DNA from: a virus
Virus record (IMG/VR): IMGVR_UViG_3300033553_000338
Coordinates: 64,001 to 128,000 of that record
DNA: 64,000 nucleotides
Strand: one strand, 5' to 3'
A model generated the notes under the pieces. It ran no database searches. It was not told where the DNA came from and saw only the letters and a list, made by a program, of their open reading frames with translations. Both the position numbers and the translations under genes were made by a program. Shown here in pieces: positions 1-9,757 of this stretch (position 1 is the stretch's first letter; each line of letters starts with the position of its first letter).

Positions 1-2645
1 ACTGTTCCACTCGATAAAATATTCCCAGATACATCAAGAACACTATCTGTAGGAACAACGGCATCAGACTCCCCATACCCAACGCGGATACCTCTAGCTA
101 CTGTGAGAAGCCCGCTAGTCGTAAGTGCCATGGCACCACTACCTTGACCATGTGAGGAGTCGCCCCACCAGAAACCTCTTGTATCCATATTACTCATCTG
201 GAAGGTCATAGCGTATTCATTAACAAGACCCCCAAATGTGAACCCACCCTGCATACCAATCGTGTACTCATTTGAAGTCCATACTCTAAGATGATCCCGA
301 GAGGATGTAGCAAATGAGGTAATAGGTGAGCTAAATGTCTTAGCTCCGGAAATCGTTTCAGTTCCTGACTTGTGGACAATATCAGAGTCATTACTTGGGG
401 TACGTGCGTTTGTTAGCCTAGAGTCATCAGTCTTTACTACAGCCTGTCCACCCACATATAGCGTGTTTGAAACTAATTTCATCCACTCCTGAAATGTTCC
501 AGTACCTTCCATACCGACATCATAAGCTCTCCACACAAATGGCTCAGTATAGTCGTCTGATGTCCAAAACTCCATTGCCCCATCGTTGTTGGAGTAAGTG
601 TACCGAATGCCGCCTGCATCATTTGCTGAGGTAGGAAGAAAGCGTATCTCCGGATTTGTGCCTGTTAAAGTTCCCCCGGTTAAAGGTAGATATGGATGAG
701 AATGTGCAGGTGCTGCCCCTACTTCAGTGTAAGTATAGGAAGGCTTCGTTGCAGCTTTTGCCCATGTAGAAATAGCAGTCGAATCTAATTTAGTTGAGGG
801 ATCAAAGTTCCCAGCATGCCACAATTTGAGCCAAGCCCCAAAGCTATTTGCAGTAATCCGTCTTATGTATAAATCATCGTTATCCGCAAAAGCAATCTGT
901 TTCCCGTACGGTCCCGAATGGGATGTCATAGAGATTACCCCGTTTGCATTGTTTCCCGCAGTAGGTTTATTCAGTGCAGTTCCTGAAAAATTCCTATAGT
1001 CCAGACCGCCTACTGTGGATGGTAGCGTATTTAAGTCAGCTAGTCCGCTTCCTCTTATTTCTCCATGATAATGAACCGAGAGAGAGTATAAACCTGAATG
1101 ATCCCCCCAACCGTAGGCTGTATTCCATGCACTAATATTTGATAGGGTAACCCCTCTCCTATCGGCCCAGGAATTTAACCTCCTACCGGTGATCAGTCTC
1201 CCGGTGGCCGAGGTTGTACTGTCCGATTCCGCTTCACTTATTTCGGAATAAGTTGTATTGTTATCCGTACTGGAGATCGTAACCTTTTTAGTCGTAGCAT
1301 CGAAGCTAACACTGGTTGCACCGCTACCTTCAAATCGGATGCTGTCGTTGTTTGACCCCGCGCTAAACTGGGTAGTTCCAGCAGAGTTTGAGATGTTTTT
1401 GAAAATACTTTGCGAAGATCCCTTATCCGCATTGGTTATGGTGATATCCCCGGTACCGTAAAGCCGGCCAGTTAATGTACCGGCTAAGGTAACCCCTGAT
1501 CCCTGGATGATGGACCCCTTATTGAAAATAGGCTCATAAACTCCGGAGTGATTATGTGTAGAGCTGGCATAGCTCCCTGCAATTTGGTTACGGATATCCC
1601 TTGGATGCGCGTCAGATAATAAGGTGTGTGTAGCAAGTCCATGATCTCCATGGGATAAGGCTGCATAAAGCGTACTGTGACTATGGTTGCCCTCAGATAT
1701 AGTGCCAGCAGCAGTCCCAAAATCCTTATTAAACGCTGTGTTTTTTGTGAATGAGATTTCATTCCTAGTATCCCTTGGATGAGCAGTAGAAGATGCTGCA
1801 TGAGTGGCTAATCCATGATCCCCATGATCAACCGCAGCTGCACCTATATCCCCTGCTGTGAGATTTCGGGTGCTCCAATTTATAAGGTGCCCAGAGGCAT
1901 CAATACTAAGATTGGATACTATACTGGCAGCAGAAAGATTAGGCTTATCAACCCACGCCTTAACTGGGTGGAGATAATTATTTGCATACTCCTCAACCCC
2001 ATCTAATTTACCCTTATCCATTGAACTCATAAATCCGGACTGAAGAGGTGTAGCCGAGGAATGGACACTACCCCCGGATCCTACGTGGCTAATAGGGGCA
2101 TATAGTCCCGCGTGATCACCCCATGAAAATGCCTCATCCCACTCTGTTTGCTTTGTAGTTAGTGGGATACGGTACCCAGGAGACTCAGCAAATATACCAG
2201 TAAGTTTATCGTAAGTTATTCCGGTTACAGTTGCGTGCAGAGCAGCTTTGGCCCTGCCCTCGATATCATGGTCGTGATTACCAAAAGCCAATTGATTTGC
2301 CTCTGTACCAACACTCTTATTGGCCTGGAGAACATCAAACTTGATATCGTCCAGTACAGCAAACCCGGAAGGCTTGTTTTTAATGTAAGACTTAGATTCC
2401 GGATCGTACTCCTCAAAATCCGTCTGCACTTGATTGGCCACGTTAATTGTCCCATCTTCCCCAAAGGTGACATTTGTTCCAGGTTTCAGCTGTACAATAT
2501 CACCACCGGCACCCTCAGTGGAACCACCAGATGAAATTAGTCCAAGATCCTTCCAGGAAGATCCGGTCCAATAGTAAAGGTGTCGGTCCGAAGCAACGTA
2601 AGTCAGCCCTACACTTGGGTTATTTGGAAATACAATTTTAGCCAC
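1..2645 (-). CDS. Tail fibre / receptor-binding protein, 3' end outside the window (>880 aa)
   Basis: Missing from the ORF track because it runs off the left edge. GTG at 2645 (MAKIVFPNNPSVGLTYVAS...). The frame was spot-checked by hand and is still in register at the edge (...VLDVSGNILSSGT). G/S/T-rich, with repeated WGDHxGLY and SGFMSSMDKGKLDGV motifs typical of phage fibres. Confidence 0.75.
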   Translation of the reverse strand, partial: MAKIVFPNNPSVGLTYVASDRHLYYWTGSSWKDLGLISSGGSTEGAGGDIVQLKPGTNVTFGEDGTINVANQVQTDFEEYDPESKSYIKNKPSGFAVLDDIKFDVLQANKSVGTEANQLAFGNHDHDIEGRAKAALHATVTGITYDKLTGIFAESPGYRIPLTTKQTEWDEAFSWGDHAGLYAPISHVGSGGSVHSSATPLQSGFMSSMDKGKLDGVEEYANNYLHPVKAWVDKPNLSAASIVSNLSIDASGHLINWSTRNLTAGDIGAAAVDHGDHGLATHAASSTAHPRDTRNEISFTKNTAFNKDFGTAAGTISEGNHSHSTLYAALSHGDHGLATHTLLSDAHPRDIRNQIAGSYASSTHNHSGVYEPIFNKGSIIQGSGVTLAGTLTGRLYGTGDITITNADKGSSQSIFKNISNSAGTTQFSAGSNNDSIRFEGSGATSVSFDATTKKVTISSTDNNTTYSEISEAESDSTTSATGRLITGRRLNSWADRRGVTLSNISAWNTAYGWGDHSGLYSLSVHYHGEIRGSGLADLNTLPSTVGGLDYRNFSGTALNKPTAGNNANGVISMTSHSGPYGKQIAFADNDDLYIRRITANSFGAWLKLWHAGNFDPSTKLDSTAISTWAKAATKPSYTYTEVGAAPAHSHPYLPLTGGTLTGTNPEIRFLPTSANDAGGIRYTYSNNDGAMEFWTSDDYTEPFVWRAYDVGMEGTGTFQEWMKLVSNTLYVGGQAVVKTDDSRLTNARTPSNDSDIVHKSGTETISGAKTFSSPITSFATSSRDHLRVWTSNEYTIGMQGGFTFGGLVNEYAMTFQMSNMDTRGFWWGDSSHGQGSGAMALTTSGLLTVARGIRVGYGESDAVVPTDSVLDVSGNILSSGT

Positions 2646-2667
2646 AGTTTTTAATGATTAAGGTCTA

Positions 2668-4974
2668 TTATACGATGTCTTTCCGAACCAATCGTTGCTG
2701 AGCATTGTCTGACATATACATCTGCTTCTCCTCAAGGTCAAGTGACCGGTCTTTTAGTTCCAGGACCCGGTCATTGTAATCTGTACGGCTGTCAAGATCC
2801 TTCTCTTTCAGCTCCAGATCTTTTTGATGTTTTTCTTTCTGTAACTGAAGCTCGGCCTGTTTAATATCAGACTGTACCTTATTCAAGCGTTCAATTTCTT
2901 TCTTGGCTTTCTCCACAACTTTGGTAAGCTCCTCCATCTCTTTATTCTTTTCTTCCAGAGCCTTGGAAAGATCACCATGTTTTTCTGCAATCTCAGCAGC
3001 GTATTCGATGATTTCGGAAGGATTGTCCATCATGACAATTCTCAGTCCGACCTCAACCGGCACAGCCCCTGTATTCATCGCAGCAGATACAATAGCCTTG
3101 GCCTCTTCCAACTTCGCTTTCTCAGCAGATGAATTGACCACCTTGATGCGGTAATTGGTGAAGCTAAAATATTTTGGAATGATGGAAAAGATAACTTTAC
3201 CCTCATTATATGTTCCTCTGTAATTATCATCCAGCGTAGTTTTCGACAAATTGATAAGATCTGTCAGCAAGTACTTCATCAGAACGTCATGTTCGTCATA
3301 CAAGTGCTTCAACACCAGTGATGAGTTGTTCATCCCTACCCTAACATTTGATACGGCTTCTCTTTGTTGGATCTCCCCGATCATTGCCGGGGTTACACCG
3401 GTGACCTTGGTGGCTTCCCCATCCAGATCCAGGATAGTTTGGTTGATCGCACTCAGCGACTCCCCGTTCACGGTCATATCAAAAGTACCATGAGTAGCCC
3501 CACTAACCGCAGCAGATCCTTCCTGGGTTGTATCCACCAAGTTTAGCCCGTTCTTGAGCATCTTGGAAGCTTTCAAAGCCCGTTCCATCTCGTTAACTCC
3601 ATAGAATTCCGGAATAGCAGAGTACTCTAGGGTCAGCCCACGGACACCGCTGTTAGCCAGCAGGTTGTCACGGTGAAAAACCATGATGTCATGTGTATCC
3701 TGGATATCCTTGCACTTCCAAAGGATGCTGTAGGTGCTGCCCCCACGATCTGAATGACGAACTCCGTTGAATGACAGGTAAACTTTATCAGGATCGGTAT
3801 CATGACGAACAGCGTCCTCAACAAGTCCCATGTCCAGGTAGATGCTGTCATCAACCCTGACGGACCGGAACAGGTGTTCCTTGATACGGGTTTTCCGGAT
3901 CTTCTCCGGGCCAACCACTACCCTACCCTCGCGGACATCATTTGGATCAATTTCGTATTCCGACAATCCGATCCATTCCGTCTCATAGACTTTGATCACT
4001 TCGGAATCATCACCAATCCCGTAGCGGTCCGGAGATGACTTTGCTAATTCAACATCCCGTTCCCCTTGCTGGTTGTATTCAGCTACAGTCATGTTGCTGG
4101 CCCAGGTCTCAGAAAACTTAACGGTACTGCACTGCATCAGCTCCTCACGCTCCTCATCTCCCATGAGATGTCCGTATTTCTGAAGAATGTCCCGTCTGCT
4201 CATGTAGCGGATGTAAACAAACTCCATCGCCTCGTTCATCATCATCTGATCCCTGCGCTTGGTGTAGTAAGCATTTTCCGGGATAAGAGCTTCCGGTTTT
4301 GGTTTCCTTCCTTTCTCAGTAGAGTACACGCGGTAAACCGCTTCCCCTACCACAGTCAGATCCATAAACAGGAGTGAACGAAGCATTGCCAAGTTAGCTA
4401 CCGGGCAATCGCGGTAATCCTCAATCAGGTTCACGGCACTCTCAAGGAACTTGTTACGCCATTTCCTGTTGGTTTCCGTCTTGGCCTGTTCGATTAAACG
4501 ATCAATAGCGGTAGGCTCCTCCCCCTCTTTCTTGGGTTTGACAGACTTTCCAAGACCTGCGTACAGGCTTGAAAGCAATTCAACAGATTGTTCCTGCTCC
4601 GCTAAGAACAGGGATTTATTGTCGGTTACTGTAACTTTGTAATCAAACTCGGTGGCTGACAAAAGGCCTACAAGCACATCAATCCGGTTACGAATAAGTG
4701 GAGTAAACTTGATTGCAGACGGTGACCCTACCCCGTAGTTATCTTCGAGGTATGCGAATTCCTTTTTATCGCGCAAACCGCTATAAAAATCCCGTTGTTT
4801 GAACATCAACTTTCTCCGTCTGGAGTTCTCGTCAACATTCCGATTGATCACCGCATCGGTCATCATCATCAGATAATCAAGGCTATCCCTTTTTTCTTCC
4901 AGGGACAGATTGAATTCATCAAATGCATCCCCTGGTTCGCCCAGGGAATCATTTCCTACGTCTTTGAAAGCCAT
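2668..4974 (-). CDS. Portal protein (crAss-like)
   Basis: 768 aa. IKFTPLIRNRIDVLVG, GVTPAMIGEIQQREAVSNV and a C-terminal coiled coil resemble Crassvirales portals; lies near TerL. Confidence 0.85.
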   Translation of the reverse strand: MAFKDVGNDSLGEPGDAFDEFNLSLEEKRDSLDYLMMMTDAVINRNVDENSRRRKLMFKQRDFYSGLRDKKEFAYLEDNYGVGSPSAIKFTPLIRNRIDVLVGLLSATEFDYKVTVTDNKSLFLAEQEQSVELLSSLYAGLGKSVKPKKEGEEPTAIDRLIEQAKTETNRKWRNKFLESAVNLIEDYRDCPVANLAMLRSLLFMDLTVVGEAVYRVYSTEKGRKPKPEALIPENAYYTKRRDQMMMNEAMEFVYIRYMSRRDILQKYGHLMGDEEREELMQCSTVKFSETWASNMTVAEYNQQGERDVELAKSSPDRYGIGDDSEVIKVYETEWIGLSEYEIDPNDVREGRVVVGPEKIRKTRIKEHLFRSVRVDDSIYLDMGLVEDAVRHDTDPDKVYLSFNGVRHSDRGGSTYSILWKCKDIQDTHDIMVFHRDNLLANSGVRGLTLEYSAIPEFYGVNEMERALKASKMLKNGLNLVDTTQEGSAAVSGATHGTFDMTVNGESLSAINQTILDLDGEATKVTGVTPAMIGEIQQREAVSNVRVGMNNSSLVLKHLYDEHDVLMKYLLTDLINLSKTTLDDNYRGTYNEGKVIFSIIPKYFSFTNYRIKVVNSSAEKAKLEEAKAIVSAAMNTGAVPVEVGLRIVMMDNPSEIIEYAAEIAEKHGDLSKALEEKNKEMEELTKVVEKAKKEIERLNKVQSDIKQAELQLQKEKHQKDLELKEKDLDSRTDYNDRVLELKDRSLDLEEKQMYMSDNAQQRLVRKDIV

Positions 4975-5054
4975 ACTATTTCACGTTTACTATAAGATAC
5001 GAAAAAAATGGAACAGATACTAGCCCCCGAGCTTCGATGAGCTTGTTACTTTAT

Positions 5055-5240
5055 AACAAACTTTTAATGTCAGAAACATTGTAAGTTTCTTTTAAGATTT
5101 CAAACTTTAAAAGTTTCTTTCAATGTAAGTTTCTTTTGTTGTTGCTTTGTAACAAACTTTGCAAGTTTCTTTTATTGTAACAAATATTGTAACAAACTTC
5201 AAAAGTTTCTTTTATTGTTGCTTTATTTGAAAGTTTCTTT
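5055..5240. repeat. Centromere-like (parC/parS) iteron array
   Basis: Six exact copies of AAGTTTCTTT at 5083, 5111, 5127, 5163, 5203 and 5231, interleaved with AACAAACTT-like motifs, directly upstream of parA. Confidence 0.75.
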
Positions 5241-5249
5241 TAATATTTC

Positions 5250-5280
5250 TTGCTTTTTTGAAATGCCTCACCTAGATTTG
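5250..5280 (+). promoter_or_regulatory. Bacteroidota housekeeping-type promoter of the par operon
   Basis: TTG (5250-5252), N20, TAGATTTG (5273-5280); matches the -33/-7 TAnnTTTG consensus. Confidence 0.6.
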
Positions 5281-5305
5281 CCTTATCTATCAATTTATCT
5301 ATCAC

Positions 5306-6088
5306 ATGAGAACACTAATTTTCAGCAACAACAAAGGGGGAGTGAGGAAAACTACCCTTGCTTACCACTCTGCCAGAGTATTGTCAGATAGGGGATTTAA
5401 GGTGCTTGGAATTGATTTAGATGAGCAATCCCAGTTTGTAGACCCTTTTGACATTTCCCCGGAGGATCGGGTTACCTTAAAGGATGTAATTGTTCGTCAA
5501 AAGCCCTTAGAGAAATGCCTTACACAGATTAATGAAAACCTATACATGCTCTACTCTAATACGGATATAGGGGAGATAGATGGGTACCTGCACTCCATTA
5601 ATTTCAATTTTCAGAATGTTATTTACAAGCAGTTAGAGGATCTGATCAAGTTATTTGACTTCGTTATCATCGACATGCCCCCAGGAACTACCAAACGATC
5701 TGCCTGTGGGTACGCATTCCCGGATGGCGAAATTATAACTCCTGTATCCACTGAGATTAATAATATCAAATCCCTAAAGCTTCTGATAGATAATGTTGAA
5801 TTTGCTAAGGAAGTGTTTAACCCAAGTCTGGCTATACGTAAAGTCATAATGAACCACACTGGCCCTGCGTTGAGCAAGGACGGGCAGATGGTTATTAAGT
5901 TTGTCAAAGATAAGTTTGATGGGCTTATATGCCCTGTGTGGTTCCGTCATTCTACTGACTATGCAGGATCCGCTGCCCGGGGAAAAACAATTAAGGAGCA
6001 CCTCACAGATGAAAAGAAAATGAATACAAAGGGTGGTGAACTTATTGAGGAATTAGATGCTATTGTAGATTTTATAATTACCAAGTGA
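5306..6088 (+). CDS. parA: ParA/Soj-family partition ATPase (type Ib, no N-terminal HTH)
   Basis: NNKGGVRKTT deviant Walker A, VLGIDLDEQ, FDFVIIDMPP Walker B. Confidence 0.9.
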   Translation: MRTLIFSNNKGGVRKTTLAYHSARVLSDRGFKVLGIDLDEQSQFVDPFDISPEDRVTLKDVIVRQKPLEKCLTQINENLYMLYSNTDIGEIDGYLHSINFNFQNVIYKQLEDLIKLFDFVIIDMPPGTTKRSACGYAFPDGEIITPVSTEINNIKSLKLLIDNVEFAKEVFNPSLAIRKVIMNHTGPALSKDGQMVIKFVKDKFDGLICPVWFRHSTDYAGSAARGKTIKEHLTDEKKMNTKGGELIEELDAIVDFIITK

Positions 6089-6387
6089 TGACTGAAAATA
6101 AAAAAGACAACGATTCGTTCGAAGACAGGATTTCAAGAAGTGTAAGCAAAGGAGCTATGTCATCAATCCTCAAATCAGAAGAGGGTAGGGGAGAGATGCC
6201 TGAAACACTTCCAAAAATTGATACCTCTAAACTAAAAAAGCCCACGAACTACCGTAGGCCTGTTTCTATTCGCGCAGATATTGTGGGATTCTATGAGAAC
6301 TATGCCACCAAGAGAGGGTTCAAGTTTACAACCTTGATCAACCTCATCCTGGAGGAGTACATGAAAGAGCTGTCCGGCAAAAAATAA
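6085..6387 (+). CDS. Small ribbon-helix-helix centromere-binding protein (ParG/omega-like)
   Basis: Overlaps the parA stop. Flexible N-terminus followed by RRPVSIRADIVGFYENYATKRGFKFTTLINLILEEYM (beta-alpha-alpha pattern). Confidence 0.65.
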   Translation: MMTENKKDNDSFEDRISRSVSKGAMSSILKSEEGRGEMPETLPKIDTSKLKKPTNYRRPVSIRADIVGFYENYATKRGFKFTTLINLILEEYMKELSGKK

Positions 6388-6399
6388 CCGGACAACCTT

Positions 6400-6561
6400 C
6401 TATTCAAACAGGTCTTCCAAGTCGTTTTCTGAAATCTCTTCCGGGGTTATCCCGAGGGATTTCAGCTCTTCAACTTTCTTGTCAATCTGGGTTTCCAGAT
6501 AATCCCTCTCCAGGCAATCCTGGACAAGGTGACTAATTAGCTTCGTTCGTTGCTGGCTCAT
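6400..6561 (-). CDS. Small acidic hypothetical protein (53 aa)
   Basis: ATG at 6561 (MSQQRTKLIS...), overlapping the end of the GroES-like gene. Confidence 0.5.
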   Translation of the reverse strand: MSQQRTKLISHLVQDCLERDYLETQIDKKVEELKSLGITPEEISENDLEDLFE

Positions 6562-7192
6562 TATCAACAATCTTTGCAAGCAACTCATCCACCTGGACCA
6601 TCCGGTAGGTTTCGTCTCCAATCAGTATCTCCGAACCGATGTAAGAATCAAAACGAATCTTGTCACCGGGAACAACCCAATCAACATTTTTGGCCACAGA
6701 AATTACCACACCACCAAGGGTAGGGGCTTCAAACTTAATGTTGTCCTCCATTCCCACGTTGGTAATTACCTCACTGTCTTCCATATCCAGCTCTTCCACC
6801 TTGGTGCTTGTGATACGTACCAATGCCCGGCCTTCACCTGGCACAATTGTTTTTTCGTTGAATACTTTTGTCTTCGAGCTCATTAGCAACATACTTTCAT
6901 GAATCATTTTAATGTACCCTTTCTCGTGTGTAGGGATACCAAAACCGGATAATTGGAACACAATTGCATAGCCACTATCCGGGGTAATGTCCATACATTC
7001 TTTTGATTTCTCAAGGACCTCAACTATATACAGCTTATCCTCTTTGAACCTTACCTGGTGTCCAAAGTCATCGCTTCCTTCGGCCAGTAAAATCCCATCT
7101 TCAGTCTTCTGGCTATCTTCGCGGATAACCATCGTCTTTACATTCTTGTTAAGCGGCCTGATGGAATCACGCCTCTCATTAGTATCAATCAT
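6533..7192 (-). CDS. groES: Tandem double-domain GroES/Cpn10 co-chaperonin
   Basis: IRPLNKNV...KTEDGILL near the N-terminus. A second unit runs IVPGEGRALVR...GGVVISVAKNVDWVVPGDKIRFDSYIGSEILIGDETYRMVQVDELLAKI. 219 aa, about twice GroES. Confidence 0.7.
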   Translation of the reverse strand: MIDTNERRDSIRPLNKNVKTMVIREDSQKTEDGILLAEGSDDFGHQVRFKEDKLYIVEVLEKSKECMDITPDSGYAIVFQLSGFGIPTHEKGYIKMIHESMLLMSSKTKVFNEKTIVPGEGRALVRITSTKVEELDMEDSEVITNVGMEDNIKFEAPTLGGVVISVAKNVDWVVPGDKIRFDSYIGSEILIGDETYRMVQVDELLAKIVDNEPATNEAN

Positions 7193-7237
7193 ACATTAAA
7201 GGTTTTTATTAATAAAGTACTAATATACGAAATATTG

Positions 7238-9523
7238 TTATAAATCGAATTCAAGTAGCTTCTCTTTTTCTTCAACAACCCAATTAAAAGGTGTTTTCTC
7301 TACAGATTCCTCAAAACCCGGAGCATCCATTGGGTTAGAGTAAGAGAGGTTTAACTTCTCATGAGCGCTTCGGGCATCTTTGGACTTTTCTGTGATCACC
7401 CCAAACTCCCGATACCCTTCCTCATTGATGAAGTACCCCAGGTATTTTATCTCTTTGGACTTCCGAACTTCCTTCTGTACGTTCACATTTAATGCAGCAT
7501 CGTCCTCGTCCAGCAATTCACACATACCCATGGCCACCACCAAGTCAAATTTTCCCTTCAGCTCATAGCTGAAATTGATCAGGTTCTCGACCATCTCCAG
7601 AAAGAAAATATTCTCTCCGTAGTCGATGATGTAATCCTTGATCAGTCCGATGTAGTGCTGAATTGTTTTGACCTTGATACTGGTACCTTCAATCCGGGCC
7701 ATTTTCTTGGCTTTGGCCGGGTTCACGTTGTTGGTATTGATGGAAACTTCCTTGGCGATGTACCGGAGCATCTTTCTTCTCCGGAAATAGCTGATCACTT
7801 CCTTACGCGTTCTCTCTACGTTCAGTCGTGCATTGTAATACACCGCAAGTTTCAGTGCCCGTTCATAAGCTTCCCGTTCATCGTTGGGCCGGTCCATATA
7901 GTAGGCCACGTAAATGTTGTTGGTCTTTTCCGAAGACAGGTATTTTTTCTTGATGGCTATGGCGAATTTAGATCCTTTCTCTCCAACCAGGGAGTTTGCC
8001 ACACCATAGTCGATACCATCGACTCCACCAATGTATAAATTTGCAGGTACTTTGCCCCCAGGAGCTTTCTCAGGTTCTTCAATGATGTGGACCTTGCCAC
8101 CGGCCATCTCTTCAAACTTAACGCCTGTAATGACCCCCTTTTCGTTTTTTATCCAAAATAAATCCCCAACGCGATCTTCGGGAATTCCTTTTACGGTCCG
8201 GATATTTCGTTTGACTCCCTCCAGCTTAATCTTATCAAAGTCGTTTGTACCTGATTTGCTAAAAGCTTCGCGGGGCCAGAACGGGTATTCGGCAGCATGA
8301 TCCGTTAATCCTTTTACGTTACCAGCATCTTCCTGCTTTTTCCGTTCCCGGACTTCCTCCTCTAATACCTTGGCACAATCAACTACGCCATGCTTATCTA
8401 TGTATTTAAACGAGAACGCATAAGCTGGAAAAAAGAATCCCTGGAATTCCGGTTCCCCGGAGTCTGTGAAAGGAGAGTGGAGTCCCAGCATCCCAGCTGC
8501 CTCGGGCTGATAAAAAGCCTCCATCAAGCCGGCAAGGTTCTCACCATTACTTCCTTCGTCTCCTCCGGTGCCCCAAACGACCATTGTGCCCATTTTGATT
8601 CCACCAGTTTTAATCAACCCCCTTGCGGCAGAGATAACTTTGCCCAGTCCTTTAAAGGATCCGGCCTCTTCCAGGAACACATATCGGCAACGTGATCCCC
8701 TCAACTTGCTGGGTTTGTCGATCACTTTGGCCATGATGGTCGATAACCACCCGGATGCAGTCCCTTCCTTATCTTTGGTACCTGCAGTTTTTACCGCTGC
8801 AGTATCACTGACATGCCTCAGCTTCTTCATCCCACGCTGGGTATTGGAGTTCAGCCAGTCTAGCTGGGTACTGGCCTTATTCATTACACCATCACCTCCC
8901 AGCAGGTAACCCTCAAAGGAAGCACAGAACATGACCTTACTCCCTTTCTGTACCGTATAAGTATTTGTGGCACAGGACGCTGCATACTCAGACATACCAC
9001 ATCCACGGGGCTTAACACAAACAGCATCGTCCTCTTTATGCCAACTCCATTCCAGGTAGTGTGACCATGCGTAGTGGTATTCAATAAATTTGGGGTGTTT
9101 AATTTCCTCGGTAACAACGGAGCCTTCCTTTTCGCGGACCGGTAGGTTGTAATAGTTCAGCCAGTAGTAAAGATCCCCCGGACATCGGAACCCGTTAATT
9201 TCGTATCCTTGTGTACACCTGCGGTATTCTTCATCCCAGTAGGCTTTGTACTTTGCAGTTTTAAACGGGGCTTTTGTGTAATACTTGTTTTTTTCATGGA
9301 AGATTGCCGCAGGACGGAACCAGTTAGAATCAAATCGCTCAGTTAGCTGTTTATACTTCGAGAGTTTCCATAGATCCTTATTCATGTCCATCCAGGTGTT
9401 GATGGACCCATCCATCAAGCCTTCATCGATAGCTCTTTTATTCTTCTGAATATTTGACCGATAACTCTTGGAGTTAAACTTTTCAAGAAGTTCTAACCAT
9501 TCTGTATACGTGTACTTTTGCAT
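7238..9523 (-). CDS. terL: Terminase large subunit (crAss-like)
   Basis: VKPRGCGMS Walker A, FLEEAG Walker B, WGTGG motif, nuclease YIGGVDGID and FDLVVAMG. Confidence 0.93.
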   Translation of the reverse strand: MQKYTYTEWLELLEKFNSKSYRSNIQKNKRAIDEGLMDGSINTWMDMNKDLWKLSKYKQLTERFDSNWFRPAAIFHEKNKYYTKAPFKTAKYKAYWDEEYRRCTQGYEINGFRCPGDLYYWLNYYNLPVREKEGSVVTEEIKHPKFIEYHYAWSHYLEWSWHKEDDAVCVKPRGCGMSEYAASCATNTYTVQKGSKVMFCASFEGYLLGGDGVMNKASTQLDWLNSNTQRGMKKLRHVSDTAAVKTAGTKDKEGTASGWLSTIMAKVIDKPSKLRGSRCRYVFLEEAGSFKGLGKVISAARGLIKTGGIKMGTMVVWGTGGDEGSNGENLAGLMEAFYQPEAAGMLGLHSPFTDSGEPEFQGFFFPAYAFSFKYIDKHGVVDCAKVLEEEVRERKKQEDAGNVKGLTDHAAEYPFWPREAFSKSGTNDFDKIKLEGVKRNIRTVKGIPEDRVGDLFWIKNEKGVITGVKFEEMAGGKVHIIEEPEKAPGGKVPANLYIGGVDGIDYGVANSLVGEKGSKFAIAIKKKYLSSEKTNNIYVAYYMDRPNDEREAYERALKLAVYYNARLNVERTRKEVISYFRRRKMLRYIAKEVSINTNNVNPAKAKKMARIEGTSIKVKTIQHYIGLIKDYIIDYGENIFFLEMVENLINFSYELKGKFDLVVAMGMCELLDEDDAALNVNVQKEVRKSKEIKYLGYFINEEGYREFGVITEKSKDARSAHEKLNLSYSNPMDAPGFEESVEKTPFNWVVEEKEKLLEFDL

Positions 9524-9529
9524 CTCACA

Positions 9530-9757
9530 TTACCCTTTAAGCATGTCGTATGCAGCTTGTAGGTGGAGCATTGCTAAGTATTTTTTCATATCCCCCGTTT
9601 TCCGGTGTCCCTGCTGCATACGATCAATCATAATATCTAGGACAACCTCATCTGTTGTGCCGGGGTAATTGCCTTCGGCAAATCTAACTATCTGATCCTT
9701 AACCCCGGTTTCGGAATCTCCTAGACCGTATACCCGGCCAGCTTTAATTATTTCCAT
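9530..9757 (-). CDS. Short protein resembling Tad1/Acb2-type nucleotide-signal sponge helices
   Basis: GTTDEVVLDIMIDRMQQ and AMLHLQAAYDML resemble the two Tad1 helices as I recall them; the C-terminus is shortened. Confidence 0.35.
   Translation of the reverse strand: MEIIKAGRVYGLGDSETGVKDQIVRFAEGNYPGTTDEVVLDIMIDRMQQGHRKTGDMKKYLAMLHLQAAYDMLKG

Noticed and set aside
1-2645. Diversity-generating retroelement acting on the tail fibre
   Set aside because: No reverse transcriptase or TR/VR pair in the window; the fibre C-terminus lies outside it.
5055-5240. CRISPR array
   Set aside because: Repeats are only 10 bp with irregular 16-40 bp periods and repetitive spacers; the position upstream of parA fits iterons.
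7238-9523. Intein or intron in terL (also considered for polA and the helicases)
   Set aside because: Lengths are ordinary, the frames are continuous, and no intein or homing-endonuclease motifs were seen.
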